61,557 nucleotides of DNA, filler included, from 4 parts of 4 records of this genome joined end to end with filler, not necessarily neighbours in it; one strand, 5' to 3'; counted from the first letter of the whole stretch, positions 33,697-47,447 are shown. Numbers and translations are program-made. The notes: generated by a model not told the origin, from the letters alone.

Positions 33697-35626
33697 ATGG
33701 TATTTTCGATCTATAAGCGTCTGAGTGGCAGGCAAAGAATACTTTTAGGCGTATTTGGCATGGTACGTGTTGGATTTGTGGTGTGCCTTGGTGGAGAGCC
33801 TCGGGCCCCTTGCCGCAGCTGCTCCGCCTCTGGCTGCGTGCTGCGCTGCTGCTAGTCTTTCTGCCGCGCGCTGCTTACATTCTCTCCTTAGCTTACTGTT
33901 ATTTTTGGCCAGCATAAGAACGTTTAGTTTGCAGGTAGTGCTTGAGACGATGGTTGCAGCGGTGTTGGCGGCGACGGGGGAGGAACGTGGTTAGCGGATA
34001 GTCGTGCACTCTCGTTTGGCACGGTGGCACCGCTTTGCGTGCCCCGCGTTTCCTTGCGAGTGGCTTTACGCGAAGAGCACAGTCCGACAAGTCCCATGTC
34101 GCAGCCGCGCCAGCCTCTAGCTGAAACTCCATCGCAATACCAAAGTTGCTCTCCATAAGCGCAGCGTGTGGTTGTGCAGCAAACGATGCATTTTCCGCGA
34201 GAGGAGTCGAAGCGCCGCCACACGGCGCAGACGGGCACGCGGGTGGCAGTGTGCTTCTGCTTCCCTGTGCTTTGCATACGGCCGCTTCCTCTCCTCGTGC
34301 GCCGGGGCGGATCTGCAGCTATTGTGCGTATTCAGTCACGCCAGTACCATTGCAATTTTCATATCTACGAAGCAGTGGACACCTTTTTTTGCTGCCATTG
34401 GATCGGCTCTCAGGTAGAGACTAGCGCTAGTATTGCAGCGTGCGCTCTTGCAGGGCTGCCCCGTCGTTTGGCGTTTGCAGCGTACCGGCAATCTCTCGCG
34501 CTGATTCTTGCCACTGTGCCTGGATGTACACTACTTTGCCATCTGTGCGATTGCGCCTTTGTTTGCAATTGTATTCCAGACGACTGCAACCCTTGGACTG
34601 CGGGCGATGGACGCCATGGAAGAGCGTGTACGCGCGCGAGAGGCGAGCTCTTCGGCTTCCTTGGGTACGTGTGCGTGCGCTCCCGGCCCTGTGCGCCAGT
34701 CGCAAGTTCTGACGTTTGTGTTTCGGAAAAGTACCGGCTCCGATTTCATTTGCGCGCATTCCATGAGCCAGGGCTTCTTCTTTCGTGTCTTGGCTCGGAA
34801 AGCTGTGTCTGAATAGTTTCGTTGGCCTTTCCTCGTCTTCTTCACATCAGCAACGGACGCTGAGCTCCCCGGTGCGGAACGCTGCGACTGCTCGAAGCTG
34901 TGGGCGTGCATGCAGGTATGGCGTTTCCTGTCGCGCAGCGTTGCGCGTTTTACGTGGCTTTTGAATTTACCTTTGTATTGTAGTGTGACTGCTTTGCATT
35001 TGAGTGACATGATTTGGGCTTTATATGCGAGGGAGTGAGTGTAGCATGCATGGGAGCTGGCATTGCCTCGTTGCGGCTGAGCTCGCGATAGCGTTTGTTG
35101 CGTTCCAGTATGTGCTAGTATGGCTTGCCGAACTTGTGCGCTCCAAGGGGTCCCCTTGCTTTGTACGCACGGCGGGGTGTACCGAGTTCGCTGCGGATTT
35201 ATAGCTCTGTAATGATGTGAAGTGTAAGGATCCTTTGGTATTATGGCATATCGTCCATGCGCATCGCTATTTGCCTTGTTTTGAGGATGCGATTGGTCCT
35301 TGGATTGCGATTCCTGCCCACAGTTGGCGAATTCCCCATTTCCTATGCACGGCTTCCTCCCTTTGGGAAGCCTCGCGGCACCGTTGTGGCTCTTTTGCCG
35401 TATTGGTAGTCTTGCGTGCGTGCCGCTCATTATTTTGGCCCTTGTCTGTTGACGGCAACTGTTTTTTTTTCGCTGATACGACTGTGCGTAGGCCAAAGGC
35501 GACTGCCGTGCGTTGCGTGCGGAGCTCGAAGCGTGCCTGGCACGCGAGGTGCGTATCGTACGGGTCCGTCTCGGGGAGCACGGCGGTGCTTGCCATGATG
35601 AGACGGTCGCTTTTGCATTACTTTGA
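33697..35626 (+). CDS. Small orphan protein with N-terminal TM helix and C-terminal CxC-x5-C / CX9C motif; 4 or more exons
   Basis: Exons 33697-33762, 34580-34664, 34851-34915 and 35492-35626 (or an alternative donor after ..LARE) are phase-compatible: MVFSIYKRLSGRQRILLGVFGM|TTATLGLRAMDAMEERV..|..ERCDCSKLWACMQ|AKGDCRALRAELEACLARE. Confidence 0.7.
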
Positions 35627-37147
35627 TGGAGTGGGCGAAGAGTGCCGGTGTCTTGTTTGAAAGTTTATCGCTGTACATTTCGTACGCGACAGCCTGTGCG
35701 ACGGTGGAGACCCGTCGCTTGATGATCTTGGATACTTGGCGCCACGTATGTCGCCGATTGTTCCGGTCGAGGGGCAGTTGGCTGCCGTGCGGTGCTGCGG
35801 CCTGGGATGGCACTGTCCAAGTCTTCGTAGGACTCGATTTGTGACGAAACAGATGATAGGTTACGAACCATATAAAGAAAGTACACGAACCATCCGTCGA
35901 ATTCGATGGGCAAACTGGGGTGTGCCGCTCTGATGTTGAAGTGTCGGTTATGGTCGAAGCTCGTCGTCCGGTATACCCAGCTTTGCACCTTGCGTAGCCC
36001 TTACGAGTCTGCTTTTGTTTTGTTATGTTGGATTACTGGTCTTCGCAGCGTTCACAGTCACAGTAGGGCGTTTTCCCCTCTCAGTGAATTCGAGTCTATT
36101 GGTGGAAGAGCGCTAGCATGCGTCCTGTGACCGCCTGCATGCACACGTAGGGTTTGTGCCGCTCTGACGAAGTCTGCGAGAGCATGGAGATTGGCGAAGC
36201 CGGTGCTTCCTTGCTGCACAGTACTTGGTCGATACTGATTGGTGTCCTTCGGCATGGTGAATCTCTTAGAGTACAGCCGTTAGTAGGGGGAAGGGCGTAT
36301 GGTGCCGACGAGCATGGGTGGGTCATGGAGGGAAAGAAGTTTCCGGTGTGCGCAATGTGATGCTGTGCACGTTTCGCACGGGACATGGCACAGTCCTTGG
36401 ATCGTAGCGCATGTGTGCGCTGGTCGGATTGCAGGTGGCAAGCATCGTTTTCCTATTTCGTTTGGTGGGGAATGTTCAGCTTCCTGTATGGGAAATACAA
36501 TGATGATGTTGCAAATCCGGATGCAGGTGTTTGCTTGATCGGGACATGCCCCGCTTGCCGGCCGAATTGGTGCTGAAAGATGGGGCTTGTGCGCCCGTGC
36601 GTGTACTCTCCCGTTGAAGGGCTGGGAGCAGGAGCTGTGGGCACGCCATTTGCAGTTTCAATTCTGGTTCGGCTTGCTTCGCGTAGAGGTGTGGCGTGCA
36701 AAGTGAGCGAGGAAAGAGGATCGTTGCGCGCGCGTGCGTGGGAGAGAGCACGCAATGCCGTTGGCACCCTGCCGATTTTCTTGATTCATACATTTTCCAT
36801 AGCACGCTGGAGTATCCCCTGCCCCCGCAAAGCCGTACCATTGCGGCGATGATCGAAGTACGTGACTCCGCAAAAGCTCAAAATACCATGGTTGGTTTGC
36901 GTGGCAGTTCTTCGCTAGAGGATTCCGCCGACGGCTGGGGCGACGCAACGCCGGAACTGTCCGCACGTTTCTGCTCTGCAGCAGCCTAGGCGCAGCGGAA
37001 GCGGGACAGGGGAGAGTATTCTGCGAAAGGGTTACTTTCGCGAGTGGGATGTAGCGCGCGGCCACCTGTGGGGAGACTATCACTAACGCAGCTTCAGTGA
37101 CTGTATTCAGCGGCAAAAAGGTGGCGCGCAGCAGCGCTGTGAGCACG

Positions 37148-38382
37148 GAAGCCTACAGCGCCGGTGGGTTTGCCGCCCTCGAGCGTACCTCTGCCAGGAG
37201 AATGGCGACTGTCCGCCCTGCTTCGGCTACACAGCGCAGGGCACGCACACCATCCACGCGACAAGGGTAAGAGAAGAAAAAAATATGTCTCAGCAACGAT
37301 GGCTGGAAGCTGGGAAAGGAATTCACTCGCGTACCGTGGATTGCGAGTGTACGGAAAGAGGGCATTGAAAACACATGAATATTACATACACACGAACAGC
37401 AGCGCCATAGGTTGTTGGCACAGGCACGTTGCGCAGGCAAGCGGAGGTGCGTGCGCTTGGCACACGCCAGCCAGCGCGAGTTGCGGCAAGCCATCCTGTT
37501 TACACGTGCAGAGGGAATTTCTTGGGTGAGTAACACCGCCGATGTTCAGAGCAAAATGTTCCACAGACTGACGACGGATGTCAATCTTCGTGACACGGCT
37601 AATCGCGCGCTTCTAGCTGCTATGTGAGATCGCGCTCGCAGAATCACAAGCGACAGCCGTCGTGCGGCCAACTCGTACCTCCGAGCACAGATTCGACTTT
37701 GAGCAGAAAGCGTTCTTGCGAAGCCACTACGGAATCACGTTCCTGGGATACGCGCTCGACCTAGCGACGTGGACACGGCAACAAATTGATTATCATGTGA
37801 GTATCTGGATGGCCCGTGTCGTTGTTTCAATAGAAGAGCAGCTTGGCGCAGCAGTGGCGCGCGTGCTGAGTGCGAAACACAAATGGAGACAAGCACTTTG
37901 CGTACAAGCGAGCGAATGCAGCGCGGGAGTGCAGAACCACCGCGCGCCGCACGGCAGGCGGAGGCCCACTCACATTAGCACCAAAGATTGTCTATGCGCG
38001 ATCAAGTCGGGGGCCACCGATGTCTTTCCAGACTCAGAGGGGAAACCGGAGTCGGCGAGCGCGCAGCGAGTCATTACGAAAGCCCGGCTGTGTGCTTCGG
38101 GTAAGCCGGCATCTGTGCAGTGCAGCACAGGACACTGCAGCGGATTTCGCAGCACGCTCGTCAACGAACCTCTTCGCGTAGCTCATTCGTTTCGCGATCG
38201 TGATCACCGCGTCTCTTGACAAGGTTGATGGACGCTATTACGGCGAGGAGCGAAGCGATAACATTGTATACGCTCCCACGGTTGCGGGCAAGGCGCTCGC
38301 GCCACGAGGGCGAGCGGAAAGGGTTAGCGTCTTCGGTGCTCTGCGTGGTGGTCGAAGCAAACGTCCCGTTTGCAGGTCATAG
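37148..38382 (+). CDS. Probable multi-exon gene of unknown function (partial model)
   Basis: Phase-compatible GT-AG exons read ..HPRDK|EGISWVSNTADVQSKMFHRLTTDVNLRDTANRALLAA|IFDFEQKAFLRSHYGITFLGYALDLATWTRQQIDYH. No family recognised; the ends are uncertain and upstream exons may lie at 35.7-36.9 kb. Confidence 0.35.
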
Positions 38383-38890
38383 AGCGGGCAAGGGATGTCG
38401 AGTGTACACGTCAGTGATTGGACATTCGAGTATATTAGCTGCACGGAGCGTGCAAAATGATTGCGCGAACGGACAAGCAACACGACGCGCAGTTCGGCGA
38501 AAGCCTCGCTGCTCTGCGGGCGACGTAGCTAGTCAGCAGCTTGCGCGCAGCCTAGCGGCTTGCTGCACGGACCACACGTACGGTAGCAAGACGCCGTAGC
38601 TGTGGGCTAGAACGCGTACGCAGCACTGCGGCACTGTGGCGAAGGTAATGAAACATGATCGTATCGATCGAAGGCAAGCAACGGCGCTTGTCTGCGTTTC
38701 GCGCCTCGGCCCGGAGTGCGTCAACGAAGGAGCAGCAAGACGCAGCGCGTCGCGGGAGCCCTGCAACGAGCGTATCCCACAGGCGAGGAGCGCGAGCGAC
38801 GCTTCCGTCGACTGCACGTTTGGGAGCTAGGGCTTCCCCAGGGAGACCAGCTAGTGCACACCCATGGGTATTGTATAGCGGGTATGACAA

Positions 38891-38990
38891 NNNNNNNNNN
38901 NNNNNNNNNNNNNNNNNNNNNNNNNNNNNNNNNNTTAATTAATTAANNNNNNNNNNNNNNNNNNNNNNNNNNNNNNNNNNNNNNNNNNNN
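38891..38990. other. Artificial contig spacer
   Basis: N44-TTAATTAATTAA-N44. Confidence 0.97.
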
Positions 38991-39522
38991 AGAGCATCAA
39001 ATAATCTGTAATTTTAAGATGATCTTTGCGCTAGGGTCTACCTGCATCCCATCCCTTTCTCGTTTCGCTACGCCAAGCTTTCTTTCCTAGTCCTAGTTCG
39101 CCTCACTTCGCAGCGCTTTGGAGCCCCTTTTGGTCGCCCGCCGCCAGCGCAAGGTGTAGCCTTGTTCCCTTGAACTCCTTATTGCGCGGTACGTCGCACA
39201 CGACTCGCTCCGTGGAGCATCCCACCTTTTACCAATGTCGGCGCGATCGCTGCATGTCCCCAGAAAAAAGTGATCTCTTGCCGCTTGATGGTATAGTAGT
39301 TGCTCAACGCGAGGTTTCCTCCGTGGGTGGGAAGGGGCCACAGCGTTGCTCGGCGGTGATTGCGCTCTGTGCTGGTGGCGAGTTTTCGTGCACGTGGGCT
39401 TTCCCCGCGCTACGAGCGCGCTTCTGACGCGCATTTTTTTTTTCCCGCCTGCATACCCGACACGCACGATGTTACTACGCACCATACATCTTGAATGATT
39501 GCGCTTCTTGTAGCCTGTAACG

Positions 39523-41367
39523 ATGGAGACGTCGGGACACGCTCTTCTTGAGGACCGCTCTGACGAAGTCTCCGTCACGGCCGGGCCGGAGTGCGCCGAC
39601 GACCTGCCCAACACGCCGTCGCCAGAAACGCCGTACGAAGAAGACGACGCGTCGCAATGCCCGATCGAAACGCCTTCTGCGAATGCACTTACCGCGAAGC
39701 TCCTCATAGGGGTATTCGCTCTCTTCTCGCCAGTATTCACTATGTACATGCTGCTTGTCCGGAAGGTGAGACCTGGGGGGGACGGGCGGAGCAGCGGACC
39801 GGCGTCGAGCTGTGTGCGCATGTAACGGCCGGCGCGCGCCGTTGCCACCTTTCTGCTAACGGTCGGTAGACCGCGCCGGCTGTTCCGCTGGAACGCGAAC
39901 CGCCTCGCCGGCGAGGAAACCGAGCGCACGTGGTTCGTGCTAGTGTATCATGTACCCACTATTTCCTCTATACTTGATGTATTTCTATTACATATAATTC
40001 CAGAGAATGATTCGTGTTGGCGTTTGTTTGGCGCCTTCTCTCTCTGCGGTTACCTGATTCCTAGTGCTTCGTCCGGAGAGTCGCCACGACGCGGCGTTTT
40101 TCCCGTCCCGGAGCCGCTAACAAAGCTCGTTCATGTGCCTACATGCGTTTTTCTCTTCTTCTTCTGTAGCTGGTAGATGTGGAAACTGACTCCAACGTTA
40201 GTGGAGGATCAATCTTCCTGTGGACGCTCGGCATGGTGTTCCCCATTATTGTGCGTTTGGCCGCACCGAGCACGCATCTGCGTTTCTGTGTTGTTCCCGC
40301 GCGCTGCTTGCACCGCCACTTCTTGACCGCTCTCCGCAGACACGTATACAAACGTGGAAAAAGTACACACGCTTTTTCTCTCTCTACCCGCGCAATTCCG
40401 TGTGATGCTCGCACGCGGCACAACGTTGAATCGCTGAGCGGCGGAAACTGCGAGAAAGCGTTGAAGTCTCACACAGTCTCTTCCCCGTTGGACTACAAAG
40501 TCGCCGAGGAAGTCGCGTGCACGCCACCGTCATATGCCCTTGTTTTACGTTCTTGTATCGCTACTTATGTCTTGGTTATGCTCTATTTCTCCCATGTGCA
40601 CGTAGATGAACGTCTATCTCGCGATGATGGTGCGCGAAAGCGTGGCGCGTGAAATGCTGTACTATTATCTCCTGCGTCACCGCGTGATTCTCGACTTTAC
40701 GGATAAGAAGATCCACAAGACGTGGATCCTCTACATTCTCGTCTCAGGTGTCATAGTATTGCTCATTGGGTATGTTGATAAGAGCTTACCGGATGCGACT
40801 ACGCCGTAAAGTGCTTCGTGGCGAGACTTGGTCATTCACGGGACTTCCATAGTGACAAAGGGAGGATGAAACGCTGTGCGCCCGTTTCGTCCTTCCCAGC
40901 CGTCTGATCCGTATTTCTGGCGATCGAATCGCGATATTTGTGCGTCTGAATTGGAACATTCACGCGTTGTCATGCAGTCTGTGGCCGAATGTGACTTCCA
41001 TGTCGATTCTCGCGACGAACGCGATCTCGCTGGTCATGGTGGTGAACAAGGTCTGCCTGATGGAGAGTAATCTGCTGTCGCTGAACGACTTCATCAAGAA
41101 AGATTTCGAGAAGAAAAAGGTACGAATTCGTACGAGCAGCAATGAATGTGGGGTTTGTACGATAGCAGTGTATCACTGTCCGTTTGTCTGTTTCTCTCTC
41201 TCCTTATCTCCGTCTCCGTGTCCCTTCTCTCACACTCTCTCTGCCACTTTCTCTATCGGTTTCATGCGAGTTCTCTTGCTCCTTACCTGATATATCTCTC
41301 ACCATCCTCCATTCTTTCCGCATAGCGCACGCGATTGCTGCAACATTTTGTTCATGAAATCTTGTAA
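39523..41367 (+). CDS. Orphan ~4-TM membrane protein, multi-exon
   Basis: Exons 39523-39765, 40170-40250, 40606-40769 and 40978-41119 splice in phase (last exon 41326-41367 tentative). Hydrophobic segments: LLIGVFALFSPVFTMYMLL, IFLWTLGMVFPIIMNVYLAMM, WILYILVSGVIVLLIGLW, ILATNAISLVMVV. Confidence 0.6.
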
Positions 41368-41569
41368 GAAAAAATTCGCGTAAGCTCTCGCAGTGTCGCG
41401 TTTTCCCTCCACGTCTCTCTCTCTCTCTCTGTTCCCCTCCTGCACTCTTGCGTGTGGTATCGCACACCGCTGCCATCGCTACTATGTACTCGCTCGGATT
41501 TCCTTCCTCGTTCTCTACGTTGCGCTTTCACCGCTGTTTCTTTCGCGCTTGGATTCGCGCTTATTCTCC

Positions 41570-43720
41570 AGCTCTTTTGCTCGCCGCCCGTCACCCACGC
41601 TCTCCGCTCTCATGAGCCGCGTTGTACCCAATTGCACCGCTTCCGACCTCTTTATCTCTCTCATATCCACCACTCTCGTGGTATTCCTGCAATGTACCGC
41701 CGTTTCTCTGCAGACGTATCTTCGTACATGCGTCAAAGCGTACGAGAGCTCTATGTCCATTATGGTAAGTGGAGTATTGTGCCAGAAAACCGAACGAGAG
41801 CACGAGGTGGAAAAGCGAGTCTACACGAAGAAGCAAACGCGAACTCGCAGAGTCGAACAGCACATATTTGCGCGCGAGAACGCCCGAAAACCCTGTGTTT
41901 GTTTGCAGTTTCGCATCTTCCACGACTGTTTTCAGTTGTGCGTGTTGCACGGGAGAATAATTCCTTTCAGTAGTGATGCGCGAGTATTTCCCCCTGTTCC
42001 GGGTCAACGATTCTCGGAATACTGATTCATTGCGAGAAACTGTCGCTGACAACCTGTTCGATAATTTCCTGTTCTGCGGTACTTTCCGTCTCCTCAGGCG
42101 TGGTCTCATGTGTTCAAACTTCGCGCCAATGCTTGGAATTGGGGCATTTCCACCGCTGAGCGACGCGCGAATCGTAAGCAAATGGTGCTGAATGTCACCG
42201 ATATGGCGATTGACTCGCGCAGTCCCGCAAAGGTACATTCACAATTCCCTGATCCTCGCACGAGACGCGAATTACCGACAGAGGAGCAGCACTGTACTCG
42301 CGCACTCGTATCCAACGGCTGCATATCAATCGATTTTTGCTCGATAAGAGGCGCTTCGTCGCGAAAGTGTTCCTGTTGATGAAGAATCACGAAAATCGCG
42401 GTCGTAGTCATCGTGTATCTCTCACTCTGCAAATGGTCATGTCTTCCACACCCGCAACGTAATTATGTGGTAACGAAACACCGTCGTTCGGTTCCGATTC
42501 CTCACATTTTCGGTTCTTGACGGAATGATTCTGCTCCCTATACTCTGCGATGTACAGAGACAAGAGGCAAAGAATGCTGTTAATCGGATTCTACGACAGT
42601 CTGGATTCTGGTGCGTTCCGACGATACTCGTCTTCAATCTTCATCCAGTGCAGTGCTTTGCGTTTCCTTGTTCTTCGTGTATCTTTTCACGCGAGTCTCG
42701 ATCTGCACAGCTGCTCGGTATCGGCCCAAGCGGTTCTCGATCTGCCTACTCGGTGTATATCGTCCCAAGTGGATCTCAATCAGAACTTTTTTTTTCTGAT
42801 TCGCGTGCGTATCACTGATGTGGTTGTACCTTTTCACCGAGTCCACCATGCGCCTTTCCGCTGCATTTCATTCGTCTACCGCTCTCTGTAGTACAAAGTA
42901 CGGTACTCGAAACGTGGCGAGGCTTGACGGAGTACGTTACCTTGTTGCGTTTCCGCCTCTGAGATCGCACTGGGACAGAGCGACAGTGGTAGCTTTGCGA
43001 TGCGCTTCATACGAAACTCAAGATCCACAACAGAAACCGGGTATACTTCGCTTCGCTACAATCGCTCTCTGTGCTTTGCATTTTCAAGAACATAGTGCTA
43101 TCGGTTACGCTGGGAAGTAGCCTTGTCATTGTGGCCTTTGGTTTTTGCTGCTCCATCGGAACAACTTCGCAGCGTGGAGACCGGTCTCGTCGTCGAAGTC
43201 TGTCCGGTGATCACCACAGCTGCTCATTCGCAAATTCCAGCGAAAACTTCAAACTCTTACCAAAGGGAAGAATGCGTAGCTCTTACCTTTGCTGCATTCG
43301 CTGCGTCTCCGTCTCCCTGGTTCCTTCACGCTTCACTGTTTTCAGTTTCGTAATCAATGGGCATCGCTTTTGCTGCGATATCGAGGGTTTACTGGTACGT
43401 CGATGAAGCACCAGCGAGTAGCGAGTGTGACGGCGATTGTTTCCCGAAAAACGACTGTCCGAACTGGAATCTTTCTCCGTTCGTGCTAGGAGTTATTGAG
43501 TGCGGAGAAGGCTCTCTCCTCTTCATGTGGTAAATCCTCACCCATGCGTCTGTGCTTTTGTTGCGTTTGTGTAGATCCCGTGCTGAACCGCTACGCGACA
43601 CTGCAGGCGCTCTCGTCGTTCATTATCCTCATCGTTCCAATGGCAATCGAGGTGTATGGAATCGTTAAACTTGGCTCTATTATTAACAATCGCTTAAGCC
43701 AGACTGATCCTCAGCCGTAA
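41570..43720 (+). CDS. Probable membrane protein (fragmentary exon model)
   Basis: Hydrophobic candidate exons (LFISLISTTLVVFLQCTAV; SVLCIFKNIVLSVTLGSSLVIVAFGF) and a clean terminal exon DPVLNRYATLQALSSFIILIVPMAIEVYGIVKLG..DPQP* ending at 43720. I could not chain all exons. Confidence 0.35.
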
Positions 43721-44635
43721 TGTGTTATTCGAGTGTTATTTCGCTGCGCAGTTGCGTTCTTCGAAGGCGATCGAGGGTGCAATGCGCGAATGTGGCTCGC
43801 AGCACGAGTGATGTACATACAGTCCCAGCGAGAAACACGACGTATCGAATAAAGCCAGGAAAACATGCACGCGCTCGGAACTTGTCCATGTACCTCTAAA
43901 TCACGAGAATATAGCACCGTAACATACACACCACCATTCTTGGGCACTTGGGAGCGTGGTGTTGCTTCTTAGCTTGGAGAGGGTGAGTGTTCCGTCGTGG
44001 CAGCGGCTGTCCGCGGTCCTTCCACGGAGTGAGGCCCGAGGCGGCGACGCGAAGCTGCAGCGCTCTCTGCAATAGAGCTCGTTACTACACTCACCGCACG
44101 CACAGTCACGGCGTGTATTCTGCAAGTGTTTCCTCACATTCACTGATCCTCTTGCTCGGGTACCAGCGGGTGTCCTGTCGCAATCACGAGTGCTGCTTTT
44201 CGACAATAGAGGCAGTGGGGACGTTGGGGCAACAAGGCGTAGCGCGAGAAAGGCGGACGACTACTCAACATCTGTCACGCAGCTGGCGTGCAAATGGAAC
44301 CATATTGCTGCCCATTTCGGGTTATGAAAATCCGGTACGGTACGAATGAAAAGGGAGAGTGCCAGGCTCCCTTCGTCGAGCCAGCGGGCGTTAGCTGCTT
44401 TCCGGCCTCTGTCCGCTGTGGAAAGCGACGGCGTGCGTGCAAGGACTGCTACCGAGGGTTATCCAATACAATGTACTAAAACCTAGCATACAAATTATAA
44501 TTTTATCTGTATATGATGAAGCATGTAAACAACCCCTTTACCTGAACACGGAAGCGATTCGTGGTCGCCAGGCAAGCGACAGCGCGAGCGTCGCCTCTGC
44601 GCGCGCTGCGCCGCCGCTCTCGCGCTGCATCCGCG

Positions 44636-47447
44636 ATGGCGAGTGCCGCGACTGTAGACCGCGTTTTCGTCTTTGGATTCCATCATGATATTGGCTCGGA
44701 GTGCGACTTCATGTATCCCACGTGTGAGCGAACAATGGGATCTTCGGGTGCTGCGCACGCGCTTTCCGCCGCGGACGAGCACGCGGTGGCGCTTCCGCCC
44801 GAGTGGTCGCTCGCGCACGCGCTCGCCCTCCCCGACGGCGTGCACAATTATGACGAACAAGTGTTTGTTTTCACCCTTCCGCAGATAGGTGGCACCTGGA
44901 AGGGCGCCTTGATGTATTGTACAGCCGTGTTTAAGCAAGTGGACGCCAAGGTGCGATTGCGGAGCGACGCCGGATCGGTTGCCGCACTCCTCCGCAGCGA
45001 GACGTCGCCGCAAACACAGCCGAGACCGCGTTTCGCGCAACATCGTATCACGGACTCGCTATAGTGCAGAACTCTCTTTCTTCCGAATCTCCTGCGGTGT
45101 ATAGCAGCGAAGAAGCAGCGGGGTGGCCTCATTCGTCTTCTGCCTCTTGCACTTCTCTCCTCGCTGCAGAGCTTGGTCCGCGAGGCGCGCGGGGTAACGC
45201 GCTCGCTCGCGCAGAAGTCGATCGTCGTCGCGTCCCTTCGAGCTCCAGCGCCGGATATGGTGCAGCGCACCGTGCAGATTGCAAGGGAGTATTTTGCACA
45301 ACGTGATTTCTCGAAACGTGACGTCCTGCGTCGCCTGGTCGATGCCTACGACACCATTCCCTCTCCGTTTCCATCGCCAGACAACGACGCGTGGAGGGAA
45401 CGTGCGTTTGCCGCTAGTCGCCGCGCGTTCCCGCCTCTCGCACTTGCAGTACGACACGAACACGCACGCGACCCAATGGCGCACGCCTCCGCTCGTGCTG
45501 CCCGTCAAGCCTACGCGAGCTTAGTGCTTGGAACGTTCAGCTCCGCGGCTTGCTGGCTCGCTTTCGTGTAGTCTCTGCGCGCTGGTTGCTGCTGCGCTGC
45601 ATAGTGTTCCTCCTCCGCGCGGGCTTTCCAGCGAACACCTCACTTGTTCCCCAACTCGCCCGTGCTCCCTGTCCGCGTACAGCGATTTCCTTCCGTGCAA
45701 TTATGTCAACGCATATTGAGCGCTCGTTGGCGTGTATGAAGCTGCTCTTACTCGGCAAGAAGGTCGCGTGCTTTGCGGATGAGCCGTGCACGGCGAGCTT
45801 CACCGCGCTCTACCTCGCCGCGCTGTTCCCCGCGGACGACGCGCGCGTGCTTCCCGCGTGCTTTCCGCTGCTCTCGCTGGAGCACATGGACGACGTGCTC
45901 GGAGAAATTGGAAACGGTGCGTGCACAGAAGCACTCCCTAGACAGATCGCGTGATGATGTGATAGGATCGGTGAAGATGCGCGTGTGAATGGAAAAGGAG
46001 CGCGTGGCGTTGCTGCGGGAAACGGTGTTGGAACAGACCAACGTGCTGCGAGTTCCTGGACTGCGAATCTGCCGCGGCGAAGGCGCTGTACGAGTTTGTG
46101 TTATTGCCGCGTAGGAAACATGAACGAGCTACCAAGCGAAGCGATACTGCGTACAAGGGTTGCGAGATGTGAGCGTATTCCGATGGTTACATTCGTTGTT
46201 GCAATGGAAATTAGGGTTCCAGGCGCAACGAAGCGGCACGTTCCACACGAGACGCGTTTGGTAGTCGCTTCTTTCGCGCTCTTGCTCTCTCTCGCTCTCT
46301 TTGTCGCCGATGTCGTGATTGATTGTTTTCATAAGCGAATAGCGACGCGCACGAATACACCTCTCTTCGTTACCATATTTTTTTTACATCTTTCCATGGG
46401 CTTGGGAATGTGTTGTAGGTGCGGCGGTGTACGGCGTCACGAATTCACTGAGTATTCGGCGTCCGGACACCGATACTGCGGTTCTCCTGTGCTCGACGCG
46501 GAAGCTCAACACAAGCTCTCTTGGTCGAGAAATCGATGTCCTTCTCGCCCCGACAGCCTCCGATTCTGCGTTTTTGAATGCTGTATGGACGGAATTACGG
46601 AACAAAGAGGTGGACGATGAAGACGTTGAGCGGTTAGTACGACATTTATTCCGCACTTATGTCACAAAGTTCCTCACGGGTGTCTCGTCAGCAGCAGAAG
46701 CGGTGCGAAAGCGCAGCGGAGCGGGAGAGTTTGGAAACGAAGAACTCGTTCAGGTTTCACACGTACTTCACACATTCAACCAGCATTTTGTGTTTGCATT
46801 CTTACAGTCGCTTCATGCCCCGCGAGTATTGGATGCTTCTCGTGGACAGGAAGGTGCGCGGCGAGCTGGGTTCGCGGGACCTTGTGTGAACGGCGAGAGC
46901 TTCCCGCGCTCTCTGTGCTCCGCGAGCTCGAAGACCTTGTGCTCTCGCGCCTGTTGTTCTCCGTTATCCGAGGGAAGAAGAAAGATAAGACCCATCAGAA
47001 ACAGTGAACGGTATCGTTTGAGATATACGGAAGTGTTTGTTCCCGTGTTTACTCGCGATTGGTCGGTAAGAGAACTGCGACTTTTCCACTGGGTTTTGGG
47101 ATCTCACGAGAACGGTCGCTCATTCCCCGAAACGTTTCTCGATGGCTCTGACGCGTTTTTCTTCGCTCATGTTGCATTCCATCTGCGCTTATCTTGATGC
47201 TCCAGTTGACGTTTCTGGTCCACTTCATCCTTTCGCTGTCAAAGAGGATCTTATGGGCGATATCAACTCGCTGCTGTCGCGCTCGCGGCGCATGATTGAC
47301 CCTTCGTCGGACGTTGGGCAGTTTCTTGGCGGTGTCTGGTCAGAATCGCGCAAGAAAGCGTCTTCTTGGTTCGATGGCATCCGGTCTCTCGTCAAAGAAG
47401 CGGTTGTGGACAAAAAGCCACAATCGCCATCGAATGCAAAGGAATAA
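44636..47447 (+). CDS. AVL9: AVL9-like DENN-domain trafficking protein, multi-exon
   Basis: VFVFGFHHDIGSECDFMYP, LPPEWSLAHALALPDGVHNYDE, FKQVDAK|..VTRSLAQKSIVV, EYFAQRDFS, KLLLLGKKV and YGVTNSL match AVL9-family motifs; ends SPSNAKE* (TAA at 47447). Confidence 0.85.
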
